Below, one piece after another: positions 40,345 to 53,540 of a stretch of DNA of 64,000 bases. The position numbers and the translations under genes were made by a program. The stretch covers positions 30,442,001 through 30,506,000 of the forward strand of contig OX597836.1 of NCBI GenBank assembly GCA_951406725.2, in the 5' to 3' direction. Every line of letters begins with the position of its first letter. Position 1 is the first letter of the stretch. This stretch comes from Octopus vulgaris. Its lineage: Eukaryota. The notes under the pieces are model-generated. The model searched no databases, was not told the DNA's origin, and saw only the letters and a list, made by a program, of their open reading frames with translations.

Positions 40345-40561
40345 CCCTTTAGCATTGAAACTGGCCATATCAGGCCCTAATATTCTATTTGTTTTATGTT
40401 CAAACTGGCCAGATCTGACCTCTCACACCTACCCTACAATGTCATTCTAAAAATAAGCAATCACATCATGAAAATCTCAGCTACATGATAATGCATGATT
40501 AATTCAAAGAACAAGAATAAATAAGCATTACATCTGACAGAGTAATCTGAATGCTACAGGG
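40345..40561 (-). mobile_element. piggyBac-type MITE family G
   Basis: TIRs ccctttagcatt / aatgctacaggg; flanks ctaa and ttaa. Confidence 0.8.
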
Positions 40562-41137
40562 TTAAAAAAAAAAAAATTGATCCAAAGTTTAAGAGTGACA
40601 TCAGAGATTCTCTTATTACTAGTTCTTTTATTGCCTGAGAACTAAATGAGACACTGGTGCGAGAGAAAATGACATTGAACAGGGTTTTATAAACACATTT
40701 TTGTATAAAATTCAGTTAATTTTACAACCAATGACATAAGACAATTGGTACACATATATAGATATATCCTAGATATAACATACCCATGGTATAACATGCC
40801 AACCTACTAATGATTTTCATAAGCCAATGATGAAGCCTCTAGTTGTTCAAACTGCTAAGAAAAGCAGCTAAATCACCTTGAAAATGAATCCATAACAAGT
40901 CAAGAATTGTTGGAGCACTGGATTAAATACCACATGAGCATTTTTGCTCCAGATTTCTGCATTCTGAGTTCAAATTTTGCCAAAGTCAGCTTTACCTCTC
41001 ATAGTGTTGCTTTGAGTAAAACAGCCTCACATAGTGAGAAGCTTTTCCACCATGTGAGTTTTTACTCAAAGTACATACTTTTTCTCTTATACACACACAC
41101 ACACATTATATATATCTTTTCTCTTTCTCTCCTGCCA

Positions 41138-41460
41138 AGGTGCATGGTTTAGTGGTTAGGATATTTGGTTCACAATAGTAAAGTCATGTGTTCAATACCC
41201 AGTGGCATACCCGGTCCTTGAGCAAGGCACTTTATTTCACATTGCTTCAGTGCACTCAGCTGGCAAAAGTAAGTAGTACCTGTAGTTCAATGGGCCAACC
41301 TTGTAGCATTCTGTGTCACACTGAATCTCCTTAAGAACTACATTACGGTTGTGCTTGTCTGTGGAGTGCTCAGCCATGTTAATTTCACAATCATGAGTAG
41401 GCTGTTCCATTTATTGGATCAACTGGAACACGCTTGGTCATAACCAACAGAATGCCAGTT
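41138..41460 (+). mobile_element. SINE D variant
   Basis: catggtttagtggttaggg-like head and tccttgagcaaggcactt core. Confidence 0.8.
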
Positions 41461-41588
41461 TTCTCCTGTCAATAGAGTACTGTCCAAAACGTAGATCAAT
41501 ATTATCTCTTCCTGACAATATAAAATTAGTAACAATATAGTTCATATGTATCCCAGTTTTAGATTAGGAATGCTGCGCATTGCATATC

Positions 41589-41989
41589 TATTTCTTTATT
41601 GCCCACAAGGGGCTAAACACAGAGCGGACAAACAAGGACAAAGAGATTAAGTTGATTACATTGATCTCAGTACGCAACTGGTACTTATTTAATCGACCCC
41701 GAAAGGATGAAAGACAAAGTCGACCTCGGTGGAATTTGAACTCAGAACGTAAAGACTGACGAAATACCTATTTCTTTATTACCCACAAGGGGCTAAACAC
41801 AGAGCGGACAAACAAGGACAGACATAGGTATTAAGTCGATTACATCGACCCCAGTGCGTAACTGGTACTTAATTTATCGACCCCGAAAGGATGAAAGACA
41901 AAGTCGACCTTGGCAGAATTTGAACTCAGAACGTAAAGACAGACGAAATACCGCTAACCATTTCGCCTGGCATGCTAACATTTCTGCCA
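41589..41989 (-). mobile_element. Dimeric SINE B within one TSD
   Basis: Two tandem bodies joined near 41768; direct repeat gcattgcatatc at 41577-41588 and 41990-42001. Confidence 0.88.
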
Positions 41990-42529
41990 GCATTGCATAT
42001 CATAAGAGGTATTGACAACAGGAAGGGGAGCCACCCAAAAAATGCTGACTCAAAAGGTCCCATCTAACCCATACCAGCATGGAAAAGTAGACTTAAAATG
42101 TGATTATTTCTTTTATTTGTTATAGCTACAGTCATTCTGGAGGACTGATGATAATGATGATGATGAGTACCCTTTTTTTGTTTTGTTTTTCTATTTGTTG
42201 TTGAGTTCCTCGTAGCTTTTTACTTCTTAAAACTAACAAGTTTTCTATCATACTGACAACTTCTCATTATATTCCCAAATCACAGAATTGTGAGAGATTT
42301 GACAGTTTCATAATTTCCCAAATATCAAGAATGGCAACAGTCATGGCTTATAATTATAGCTTTGGGATTATGAAGAGTGTTCTGAAGGCATTTCCAGCCT
42401 TGTCTAGTTTATTTTTAATTTAAAATAATATTGCTTTAATTATCAGCAAAGTCATTTTAAAGAAAACACATTTTTTCTTTCAAAGAAAATAATTGCTCAG
42501 TTTTGTTCAACATGCTGTAACAGACAACG

Positions 42530-42955
42530 AAGGAACCTCTACATCATTACACAATTTGCTAGAAAAAGCATCAAAAAACCCTCCCCAAATTATACCTCAC
42601 TGCCTAAATGAAGGGATTTTGATTATAAAATCCCTGATATCCCTAAAAAGATAGGATAGTTATAGCTGTGATACTTTTGATCATAGGGCTACTTGATCAA
42701 GGTTGATATGGACTGAACAACAACCAGTTCTCCATAAGCCAACAGAGGAGCTTCCCGGGAGTCATTCAACCAACTAGAAGTATCAACCAAATTTCCCTCA
42801 AATTCTATTGTCTTAGAAAAGGAAGAATACCTAAGAAAATGCAGTCCTATATATATGTGTGTGTGAAAATAAGATGGATGCACCTGGTTGGAATGCTTTT
42901 GGTCATACATTTGCTCAGTTAAGATTGACCTGGGGCTAATAAGCATCAACAACAG
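42530..42955 (+). repeat. Two tandem family H repeats
   Basis: ctagaa..caaat..ccctcaaatt..ggaatgcttttggtcata..cctggggctaa. Similar pairs lie at 46290-46680 (-) and 60310-60720 (+). Confidence 0.7.
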
Positions 42956-43961
42956 GTTTCGTTAAAAGCCGAAATAACCCTGAAATTTTGAGAGCCCAGA
43001 AACAAAGCATAATTTCATTTATGAATTGGAACAAACGCTAAAATTGCTTCATCCACTAAAATGTAGAAGCCATCTACTAAATTCCACAAATAATAGTAAT
43101 AATATAAAAATGCTATGTTCTAACATAATTGATATAGAAGATACTGAAAAATAGTTTAAAATCTTATTGAGAAGTGTTCTTCTAATGCAACGATTTCAAT
43201 TATCATAAAACATTCATATTTTAGTTGTGAATATCCAAAAGCATTTCAGTTTGTATTTTATAGTTTACTTAGCAAGTTATGAATGACTCAACTGTTAAGA
43301 TTTTTCAATGTAAAATGATGTTAGACTTTACAACCATCAATTTGAAAGAAAAACAAATAGGCCCATTATAGTTACACCAGAATTTTTTTCTTTAAAGAGT
43401 TTTCTAAACATAATAATAAATGCTTACACTTATTTATAAAATTATATTATAGCACAACATTGTTACTTGTTTTTATGAATTTAAAATTCTTTTCTCTATT
43501 TTTTTTTTTTTTTTTTTTTGTCTTTTCAAATCTTTATAAAATCTTTAAAATGTAAGCTATAAAACACTAACATGTTTTATTACTGAATATAGCTCCATAT
43601 TTCCTTTGAAGTTTGTAAATTCTTCACAAAATGTAAGACGTTCAACAAAAACCTTTTACATGGTTACTCAAATTGCTAAAAACGGCAGCCAAATCTCCCT
43701 CAAAGTACAACCCTATCGTAGGAAAAGTAACCCCACATACCTCTAAAATTACAGAGTGGTCCTGATTGGAATGACTTTGTTCATAGGTCAGCCCATCTTC
43801 ATGTCCACTTAGCTACATTGGCATGGGGTGGTTGAGATTTCTTTAGGCAGTATTCTATGGTCAGATGCTCTTCCTGAAGCCAACCTTTCTTGTTTACAAG
43901 TAAGATACTTTATCCAAGTCTTTGGACATTGAGCTACATAGCTGCAAGAGTTTTGATTCAA

Positions 43962-44306
43962 CCCTTTAGCATTCAGATTACTTGTCAAAATTAATACTTA
44001 TCAATTCACATTGTTTAGGAATAATCATGCATTATCTTCTAACTTTGTGATTTCAATGATATGACTGTATATTTTTAGAATGACATTACAGGGTACTCTT
44101 TTACTCGCTTCAGTCATTTGACTGTGGCCATGCTGGAGCACCACCTTTAGTTGAGCAAATCAAGCCCAGGACTTATTCTATGTAAGCCTACTACTTATTC
44201 TACCGGTCTCTTTTGCTGAACCGCTAAGTTACGGGGACATAAACACACCAGCATCGATTATCAAGCGATGTTGGGGGGACAAACACAGACACACAAACAT
44301 ATACAT

Positions 44307-44354
<48 letters not shown>

Positions 44355-44605
44355 CGGGCTTCTTTCAGTTTCCGTCTACCAAATCCACTCACAATTGCTT
44401 TGGTCAGCCCGAGGCTATAGTAGAAGACACTTGCCCAAGGTGCCATGTAGTGGGACTGAATCCAGAACCATGTGGTTGGTAAGCAAGCTACTTACCACAC
44501 AGCCACTCCTACACCCACAAGATGTAAGAAGTCAGATTTTGACAACTTGAACATAAAACTGGTAGAACACTTGGGCTGAATATGGCCAGTTTAAACGCTA
44601 AAGGG
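43962..44605 (+). mobile_element. piggyBac-type MITE G interrupted by SINE A
   Basis: TIRs ccctttagcatt / aacgctaaaggg with ttaa at 44606-44609; the two halves are collinear with 58369-58578. Confidence 0.85.
44094..44515 (-). mobile_element. SINE A, full length
   Basis: Closely similar to 8669-9077. Confidence 0.92.
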
Positions 44606-45239
44606 TTAAGCAGCACATATATGTTACTGATGCCCAAGCAGTGTCAATACAAAGACAGACCTAAACAAATACACACATTTTTTATATAATGTAGGCTTCA
44701 ACATAGTTTCTAGCCAATTTTCATTCATGAGACATTGGTCAACCTGAGGGCATTGTAGCAGGGATTGAACTCAAAATCATGTGGTTACAAGGTGAACTTC
44801 ATAACTAAATGACACACTTACACCAAGGAATCCTTTGGTAATACTTGTATGCGCTGAAACTTTCATTTTGTGAAACATGTTTATGGAGATATCTGATACA
44901 AACAAGCAGATTTAACAAATCTGAACGTTTCATTTTTCTTGGGAAAAAAAAAAGGATTTTTGTTTTTGAAAATTGATCTCACTACTAATTAAAGCAAAAT
45001 TATCTCAAATTAGGAATTAAAAAAAGATGAGATTAGAAATCCCGCTCAGAATCCCTAAACCATAATCATAAAGCTCAACTGTAATCATGCATGATATCTG
45101 AGAAACTACAAGACTAGGAACTCTTGCATAATTCTGTATTTCAGAATCATAATGAGAAAGTTTCGTTGCCAGAGAAAAATTTGTTAAATAAAAGAACCTC
45201 CACTGGTTAAAAACATTACTGCATATTGTGAAATGGCAC

Positions 45240-45333
45240 CTTATCTTTTATTTGCTACTACTTTCAGTCAATGGACTGCAGCCAAGTTGGGGCATCACCT
45301 TGAAGGGCTTAGACAAACAAATTGACCCTAGTG

Positions 45334-45374
<41 letters not shown>

Positions 45375-45482
45375 TTTTAAAGTCTGATACTTATCCCATC
45401 AGTCTCTTTTGCTGAACTGCTAAGTTACGGGAACAAACCAACACTTGTTGTGAAGCAGTAGTGAGGGACAAAAACAAACACA

Positions 45483-45524
<42 letters not shown>

Positions 45525-45925
45525 CGCATGTGTATCGTTGGCGATTTTCTTTGTCCATCTTCCCTTCTTTGGACCTTTCCTTTTCTATATTTCTGACTTA
45601 GAGCTCCGCTCGAAACGTTAAACCCTCCTTCTTTCTTTCCTTTCCTTTCCTGAGCGTCCAATAACGCTATACTTGTTCCATGTCCTCACGTTATGTTTTC
45701 TCTTTGTTCATGTTTGGATTAACTATATATATATATATATATATACACACCACACACACACATACACACAAACACAAGCATACAAATACAACAGGTTTCT
45801 TTTAATTCACCAAATCCACTCACAAGGCTTTGGTTAGCCCACGGCTTTTGTAGAAGACACTTTGCTCAATATGAACTTAACCTGGAACTATATGGTTGAG
45901 AAGCGAACTTCTTACTACACAGTCA
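45240..45925 (-). mobile_element. SINE A with an insert in its central (TA)n
   Basis: 3' part at 45240-45485 and 5' part at 45785-45925. Confidence 0.75.
45522..45724 (+). mobile_element. Penelope-like terminal fragment with hammerhead-like motif at 45590-45623
   Basis: ttt-ctgactt-a-gagc-tcc-gctc-gaaac-gtt-aaac; (TA)n on both sides; homologous to 20640-20858. Confidence 0.65.
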
Positions 45926-45929
45926 CACT

Positions 45930-46256
45930 TCTCTGCTTTGTAATCTCGCGGTGGCCGAAACAATCGTAGAAGTGTTTTCTACCATTTCTTTGTGCCAACC
46001 TACACTTTGCTTTATAAACTGTACTTGTATAAGGTGAACACAGCTACTTGACCTGTTGGTACCTTCAGCAGAGTTCACTCTTTCGCAAACATTGGAACCA
46101 GGCTTCTTGTTCAAGGATAACATAATATCCTGATCAGTGCTCCCTATTGTAGCAACATATGAATAATGGTTTTTTTACTTCATCTTTTGTCTCGCCAGTG
46201 TTGGACTCCCTAAAGAGGTCATGGACATTTCCCTTTTCCTCTCACTGAGCCAGTCA
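45930..46256 (-). pseudogene. Possible highly decayed piggyBac-like transposase fragment
   Basis: Frameshifted peptides KREMSMTS, EVKKPLFICCYN and TDQ fall in the order of the piggyBac DKR.V.MLST / KP..I..YN / DQ motifs. The match is weak. Confidence 0.3.
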
Positions 46257-47317
46257 TAAAAAAAAAATTTGCATTGAACTTATTTATCATTTCTGTTGTT
46301 CAGCCTCAAGCCTGTATCAAACAAACCTACACCAAAAGGCATTCCAGCAGTGACCATCCCATTTTCTAGTAATATTTACAACTATTTTAACCAATGAATA
46401 CATCCTTCACTTGTTTTAAGAAGGTAAGGTTTAATTTGAAAGAGATATGGTAGCTATTTCTAGCAGCTCGTTGTTGTTTCTTTTGTACAGCCCTAGGACA
46501 ACCCTGATCAAGCAGACCTATGATCAACAAACAATCCAGTAGTGACCATCCTGTTTTTTTAAGAATACCTAAGACTACATGAATCAAGGTGACCTTCTTT
46601 TTCTTAAAGATGGTAGGCATGATCTGAGAGATTTGACTGCTATTTCTAGCCACTACAGTGACCGCATAGGTTTCCCTCATCAAAATTAGCTGCTGAATTA
46701 CAAGAAAAAAAAAACTACTGATTATTGCAACCAAAAGAAACAATCATATGATAAACGGTAGGCCATGAGGAGAAAAACAATTAAGAATGTCCATATTAAT
46801 ATCGTAATGGTCTTTAATTAAATTAAATTAGCTTCATATTGAATAGTGAATGTTTTACACTTCAAGTAATTAGAGACAACTTTTGTATTTCTTTTTTTTT
46901 TATTTTAAAACGCATCATGAACTTGAATCTTATTGTCTCGCTAACATTTTTCTCAGCGCAGCTAATTAAGAATTTAAGTCTTTCATAAATGGTATAATCA
47001 CTGCAAATTCTACATGTAAAATCAAAGTCTATTAAAATTTATATCCAAAATTATTCAACGTTGAGTACTGGAAAATAAATTACATCAGAAATAGACATAT
47101 TTCCGAAGAATGCATGACAAGTTCTATTTCAGTAACAAGCTGACAGAATTAACTATTTATATATTCCATTATATGCATTTATTGCTTAACAAGTATCTGA
47201 CGCTTTTTGTGCGTTTCTTAAATGGCTTAGAAACACCTTCCATGCTGCAGTTGTTTTCGTTCCAGCACAAGATATCAGATCAAGGTCACTTGCTATGCAA
47301 GTACATTTCCAAGTATC

Positions 47318-47908
47318 TTATCTTTTACTTTATTTCAGTCATTGGATTGCAGCCATGCTGGCTTACAACTTTGGAGGGTTTAGTCATACAAATCAACCCC
47401 AATACTTAATTTTTTTTTTTTTTCAGTTTTTTAAAGTCTGGTACTTACACTATCAGCCTCTTTTCACTGAGCTGCTAAGTTACAAGGATGTAAACAGATC
47501 TACACAAATTGTCAGGTGGTGGTGAGGGACAAACACACAGACACACACACACATATATATAGATATATATATATATGTAAATTAGAAAAAAAAACACCTT
47601 TTATCAATTCATTGATGAAAAAATTAAATTATACCATTTAGAAAAATTACATATTATAGAAAGATTAAATATAAGATAAAATATAAACTAATGACTAAAC
47701 ATAATTATAATCAGGAGTCAGCTAACTGCATCACCAGGCACAAAATTTAGCTGACCCCTGACTATAATTATGTTTATAATGATAGAATATTTGTATAATT
47801 TTACCGAAAAAAGTTATTTTAACGTAACGAACTACTTGGTAATATTATTAATTGTTAATTAATTGATTAATTAATTAATTAATTTTACCCTTTTATTATT
47901 ATTGATAT

Positions 47909-47968
<60 letters not shown>

Positions 47969-48105
47969 GATAGGCTTCTTTCAGTTTCCATCAATCAAAT
48001 CCAATCACAAATCTTTGGTTAGCCTAGGGCTATAGTAGAAGACACTTGCCCAAGGTGCTATGCAGTGGGATTGAACTGAGAAACATGTGGCTGAGAAGCA
48101 ATGTC
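47318..48105 (-). mobile_element. SINE A with an AT-rich insert (47575-47910) in its microsatellite
   Basis: 3' and 5' halves of SINE A flank a (TA)-bounded insert. Confidence 0.8.
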
Positions 48106-48956
48106 TTGACAATTGTATAAAGAATTATTTTAAATGTTATTACTATATGGCATTCACAAGATGGTGGATTGATTAGTAGGATTAGTAAAAAGTCAGCAAA
48201 ATGCCTAGTGTATTCAATTCTTTTAATTTATCATGCAATTGGCAATAAATATCCAACTATCTAATCATTGGCTCACTATATGAGTTTAGAGTGATTCCAG
48301 GAGTGGAGCCCTGGCTCGCAAGTCCAAGGATTCTGATGAATGTTGAACCACCTCTTAGCCACTATTGTTCCTAGGTCTATTCTGACTCAGAGTAATAGCA
48401 CCTATCAGGATCCCAGCTATAGGTTAGTTAGATATTAGAGCTTGCCTACCAATGCATGTGAAGATTGGAAAACTTCATGGTTCAATAGGGAGAAGGCAAC
48501 TGCAGCAACGCACTGTGAATTGCAGAGAGCAAGATGAAGCAACTTAGACATTTTGGTTATCCTCTGCATGTCTCCATTCCCAGTCATCTTGACCTGGTCT
48601 TGTCCTCTGGATTATAGATGACCCTGGATGAGAGAGTGGTGTTGATGGTACACAGCTCTTCTTCACTTTAAACAAAGTTACAATGCAAGCCATCAGACAT
48701 CCCTAAGAATGACTCATGTCCTATGAACATAATATTTCTGATGGTGAGAGTAACAAAGAGCAGTTGTAACTCAATACAGAACAAAAATCGCAAAGGTATT
48801 CATTCATTAAGCAGGGGTGTTTTTTTTTTTTGGTGGAGGAGGTTGCTTTCCGGTTTTGCTGATTTTTATATCTTTCACTGGTATACATCAGTGAAAGACA
48901 TACATGTCTGTGTGTGTGCGTGTGTGTGTGTGTGTATGATGATATTTATCCATGTA

Positions 48957-49339
48957 CTAGCAGTATCGCCCGGCGTTGCTCAGGTTTGTAAGGGAAATAA
49001 CTATAAAGCATCTTTAGAGAGTTATAGCCAAAAAATAGCAAAAAAATGGAAAAAAAATTATGGTAAATTTTTTTGAGAGTAAAAAAAGGTTGAGTTGCGT
49101 CCCCTAGACAGTCTGTGGTTTGTTTTTTTATTCTCGACCCCATGTCGAATTTATCGATTTTTTTCAGAACTGGGGGAACTTTTCAAAATTTTCGCTGCGT
49201 TAGTTTTGAATTATGACATTGGGCTATGCGTGTGTCAAGTTTCATCAGAATCGGTTGAAAGCCGTGGTCAGGGTGAGGGTACGAGAAAACAGACACACAG
49301 AAACACGCACAGACAAACTGCCGTTTATATATAGAGAGA
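48957..49339 (-). mobile_element. Non-autonomous Helitron-like element
   Basis: Minus strand starts TC and ends CTAG, lies between A and T, has no TSD or TIR, and has an imperfect hairpin cctgagcaacgccggg just upstream of the 3' end. Second copy at 57347-57705. Confidence 0.85.
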
Positions 49340-49513
49340 TATTTGTTTAGAAGAACAAGGTTTTCACACACAAAATCAAACCCTGAACTTATTCAAGTAG
49401 AGTACACTATTCTTCATTTAGTCACTAATTGAAAGAATTCTATCCCAATTCCAAGTAAAGCTGTTCAAAACTAGTTGCAAACCGATTTAGTCAGAACTGA
49501 AACGTACGTACGC

Positions 49514-49553
<40 letters not shown>

Positions 49554-50269
49554 AGGCATGGCTGTGTGGACATGTAGTTTGTTTGATCACCACGTGGTTT
49601 CAGTTTCTATCCTAAAATGCGACACTGTTCACAGTGCTACATGGAAACTGTAAAGAAGCCCAGAGTCTAGAGACTGAAATTATTGTAGACAGGCATCAAT
49701 TTTTTTTAGTGCAACAGTTATGAACTTTATAGAGGCGCAGAATTTCAACTTCAAATGATTATTGTTGTTGTTGTTAATATCATTATTATTATTATTATTA
49801 TTATTATTAGCATACATCAAAAGAATGATAGGAAATATAAAATTTATGAATACACTTTTTTTTTTGCTGTGATGCTGAAATTATGACTCTATTATGGAGT
49901 CTGTTCACATTTTGGTAACCAGGCAGGAGATCACATGCATATTTCTGCATATGTTGTTCACAAGCATTAAAACGTAACTTAGCCATCTTTATTGGTAATT
50001 TCTGCTCGCTTGATATCATAACAACATGAAACTATTGCACTAAAACCACTGTTTAACAAACACACACACACACATGCATATATATCATCATTATCATCAT
50101 CACTTAATGTGTCCATTCTCCATGGGTTGGATGGTTTGACAGAGCTAGTGAGCCAGGGGACTGTGCCAAGCTCTACTTTTTGCTAACCTCTTTACAGTGT
50201 GTTGGATGCTTTTTGTGTGGAAGTAATACTAGGAGAGGCAGCTTTGTACTAAGTGATGAGAGGTTAGAG

Positions 50270-50470
50270 CAGTGCTTTCCAACCTTTTTGCTGGAGAGGA
50301 ACCCCAAGAAAACATTTCACTGGCTCGAGGAACCCCTATGCAATAATTTAATTGTCTTGTGCACACATATCTGCACAGGAGAATTAAAAATTACTGTCGA
50401 TTTTAGCATTTTTGTAACTTCTTGTGGAACCCCTGGAATGTACTGGTGGAACCCTGGCTGAAAACCACTG
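50270..50470. mobile_element. hAT-type MITE
   Basis: 8-bp TSD ggttagag at 50262-50269 and 50471-50478; imperfect TIRs cagtgctttccaacc / ggctgaaaaccactg. Confidence 0.9.
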
Positions 50471-51379
50471 GGTTAGAGTATGACAGAGGGACAGAAACGG
50501 GTGTCTTACTCCTAAAACACTATCTGAAAAAGTCCTATCCCACCCATGCCAGCATAGATAAGCAGACCTAAAACTGATGACATTTATTAAAAAAAGTTCT
50601 TCCAAAATACTCTTGCTAGACAGTTTCAATTTAATATAAACATTCTATCACAGTTAAGTATTTTATCTTGAAACCAAGGGGCAGTTTCATGCGAGATGGT
50701 ATCAAAAAGGGTTAAATCATCAAATATTGTATTATAGCATAAATTTTGGCAATCCTACAATTTGCCTTCTTCTTTTCAATATATTTTCGTCCATGTAATT
50801 TCACAACCAGTTGTTACCATACGTTCCCTACTGCTTCATTTCATTCTTTCATTTATTTGCGGTAAATTCCTAATATTGTCTGCTACTAGCAAATTTCTTC
50901 TTTTTCTTTCTTCTTGGCAGACAATTCTTCTGTTACTTTTTTTAGAAGGGAAGGCGTGAAGGGAGGGTTGTTGTATTTTTTTTTTTTGACTTCTTCGATT
51001 TTTTTTTTTTTCCGAGGCAGTAATTTTTTTTCATTATTATTTCCTGAATAAATTTCCTGTTTCTGTCAATTCTGGAAAATTGGATATATTTCCTAACAAT
51101 TGCTCTTTCAACCAATGTATTAACGACAAAAGGTGTGTACGTACACACACACACACACACAAAACTAAAATCTATGATTGTGAGTATGTGTGTGTGTACA
51201 TGCACAAATGTGCGTGTATATAAATCATCCTTCTCATTTTGCTGTCTGCTTTCCACGCAGAAATGGCCAAATCACCACAGTCTGTGTCAGTTCTTATTTG
51301 GAGTTACAACTCTCATAGACAGGTCAGAGACAATGGCTCATATATTTCATTTCTTTGCCCTCATAGTACCAGTAAATTT

Positions 51380-51785
51380 TAAGCACAGCTGAGTGGTTAA
51401 GAAGTTCACTTCCCAGATACACAGTTTTGGGTTCAGTTCTGCTATGTGGTACCTTAGGCAAGTGTCTTCTGCTATAAACCCAGGCCAAGCAAACCTTCTG
51501 ATTAGATTTGACAGGTGGACACTAAAAAACGTACATCATGGGAGTGTGAGTATGTACGTGGGAGTGTTTGTCACTGAGCAATAGTTGTGAACAAGTGCAA
51601 CTGTCACACAAGTGTCATCCATTTCCAGTCTTTTGAGAAAAATGTCTAGCAATCAGAATTACTTTACTTGGACACAGGGGAGGGCTGGTGACAGGAAGGG
51701 CCTTGTGTTTTAGAAAATCTGCCTCAATGAAATATATCTGACTCATGCAAGCATGGAAAAGTGGATGTTAATATGATGATGATAC
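51380..51785 (+). mobile_element. SINE A head with RTE tail
   Basis: ccttaggcaagtgtcttct core; catgcaagcatggaaaagtggatgttaatatgatgatgat tail. Confidence 0.78.
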
Positions 51786-53169
51786 ATATATACAGTGAGT
51801 GAGTGTGTGTGTGTACATACATAAGTATTTATGGAGAGAGAAAGAAGCTATTAAATGCTTTTCAAGTACAGTAAGTGCCTTTTAATGCAGAATCTACCAA
51901 AAGGCTCAGTAGAAGAATCTGCAGTAATGATAAATGATAAATAATATAGTAGACTGAATTAGAACAGAAAATAACAAAGGCAGAGTGGTCACAGTTGGAA
52001 TTCCTGACCAATAAGTCTACTCAGCAGTAAAAGGGAAAACACATTCGATAATGTAGTCCTAGATATACTGTGTGAAACCAAAACAAAAACAAAAAAACAG
52101 GCACAGCTGGAATGCCTCTGATCCATTAGTCTGCTCAATTGGAGTTGACTTCGGGACTTAGCAACATCAGGTCGGAGGTGGGTGTGCTTTTTTGGGAGGG
52201 TGAGGTTTATAAACTCAAATATCATGTCACAGCATGGATGTTGCAACTTAACATTTCATTTAAAAAAAAAAAAGAAAAAATAGAAAGGAAAATGAAAACA
52301 AATGAAATGTGTTAAATGAGACAATTAGAATTGTGACATGAATCTTAAGAAAAGGAAAAAGATACCACCACCCCACCAGTAACATTAGAAAACAAATAAT
52401 TTAATGAAAATTTCAACTGTTATTTACATAAGAGAGAAAAACAGACATTGCACAGAGACAATTCGCCACACACATATATGTAACACTAAGAAGTATTACC
52501 ACCAGAATTGAAAGAAACAGACTAAATATCCTTATTGAAACAGTAAATATAGACACAAGGATAAAAAAATAAAGTAAAATAAAATAAAGAAATCAATGAA
52601 AACAACAAATACAGAATCATAACTAAAATTAACGAGATTATTAAAGATATTTTTCTAAATTTTTATAATGAAAATTATGGAATTTACTACTACCTTGCAA
52701 CTCCAAACTAAATAAAAATTTTAAAAAAAGAAAATAATAATCAATAAATTTATTAATGCAGCTCACGCATTAATGGGCACAATTATTAGTATTAATTATT
52801 AAAATATGAAATTAATACTCTTCTGCATAACATTTACGGAACCATTATTCCAAAACACAAAGAAAACTTCAACAATGCCTCCTCCAGTCAACAAATTCTG
52901 TTAGCTGAAACATCCAGCTTTAAATGCTATAAAAATATAATGAAGTTTCACAAAAATATACAAATAACAACTGTATTTACTTCCAATACAACGTGATCTC
53001 AAATATAATGCAACCTCTGCATTTTAGACCAAGAAATTAGTATATTTTTATCCTCTCCCCTCCATCTTTTTTTTTTTTAGCACATTCATATACCACCACT
53101 CCCTAAGTTTGACCCGATGTTTTTCAAAGAATATTTCTACACTATTCACAAGTAAATATGATATGTTTA

Positions 53170-53540
53170 TAGGCACAGGCACAGCTGTGTGGCTCAGAAG
53201 CACATTTTGCAATTACATGGTTTTTGAATTCAGTCCCATTGTGTAGCATCTTGGGCAAATGTCTTCTACTAGTCCCTTGCTGACGAATACTTTGTGAGTG
53301 GATTTAGTTGACAGAAACTGTGAAGAAGCCTGTCATAAGCATGTGTATGCATGTGTCTTTGTCTCCTGAAACCACTTGACAACCAGTGATGGTTTGTTGA
53401 CATCCATGCAACCTAGTGATGTGCACAAGAGATCAATAGAATAAGTGCGAGACTTACAAAATAAGCACAAGGTTTAACTGACCCCTTCAAGACAGTGCCC
53501 CCAGCATGGCTCCAGTCCAATGATTGAAAGAAATACAAAC
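53170..53540 (+). mobile_element. SINE A
   Basis: ggcacaggcacagctgtgtgg head; ccagcatggctccagtccaatgattgaaa tail. Confidence 0.8.

Noticed and set aside
48250-48720. Unclassified, less AT-rich segment (also 20880-21340)
   Set aside because: Probably old LINE UTR or repeat sequence, but no motif lets me assign it.
49807-50019. MAKLRFNACEQ.. ORF as a coding exon
   Set aside because: No splice signals or recognisable homology, and it runs through poly-A.
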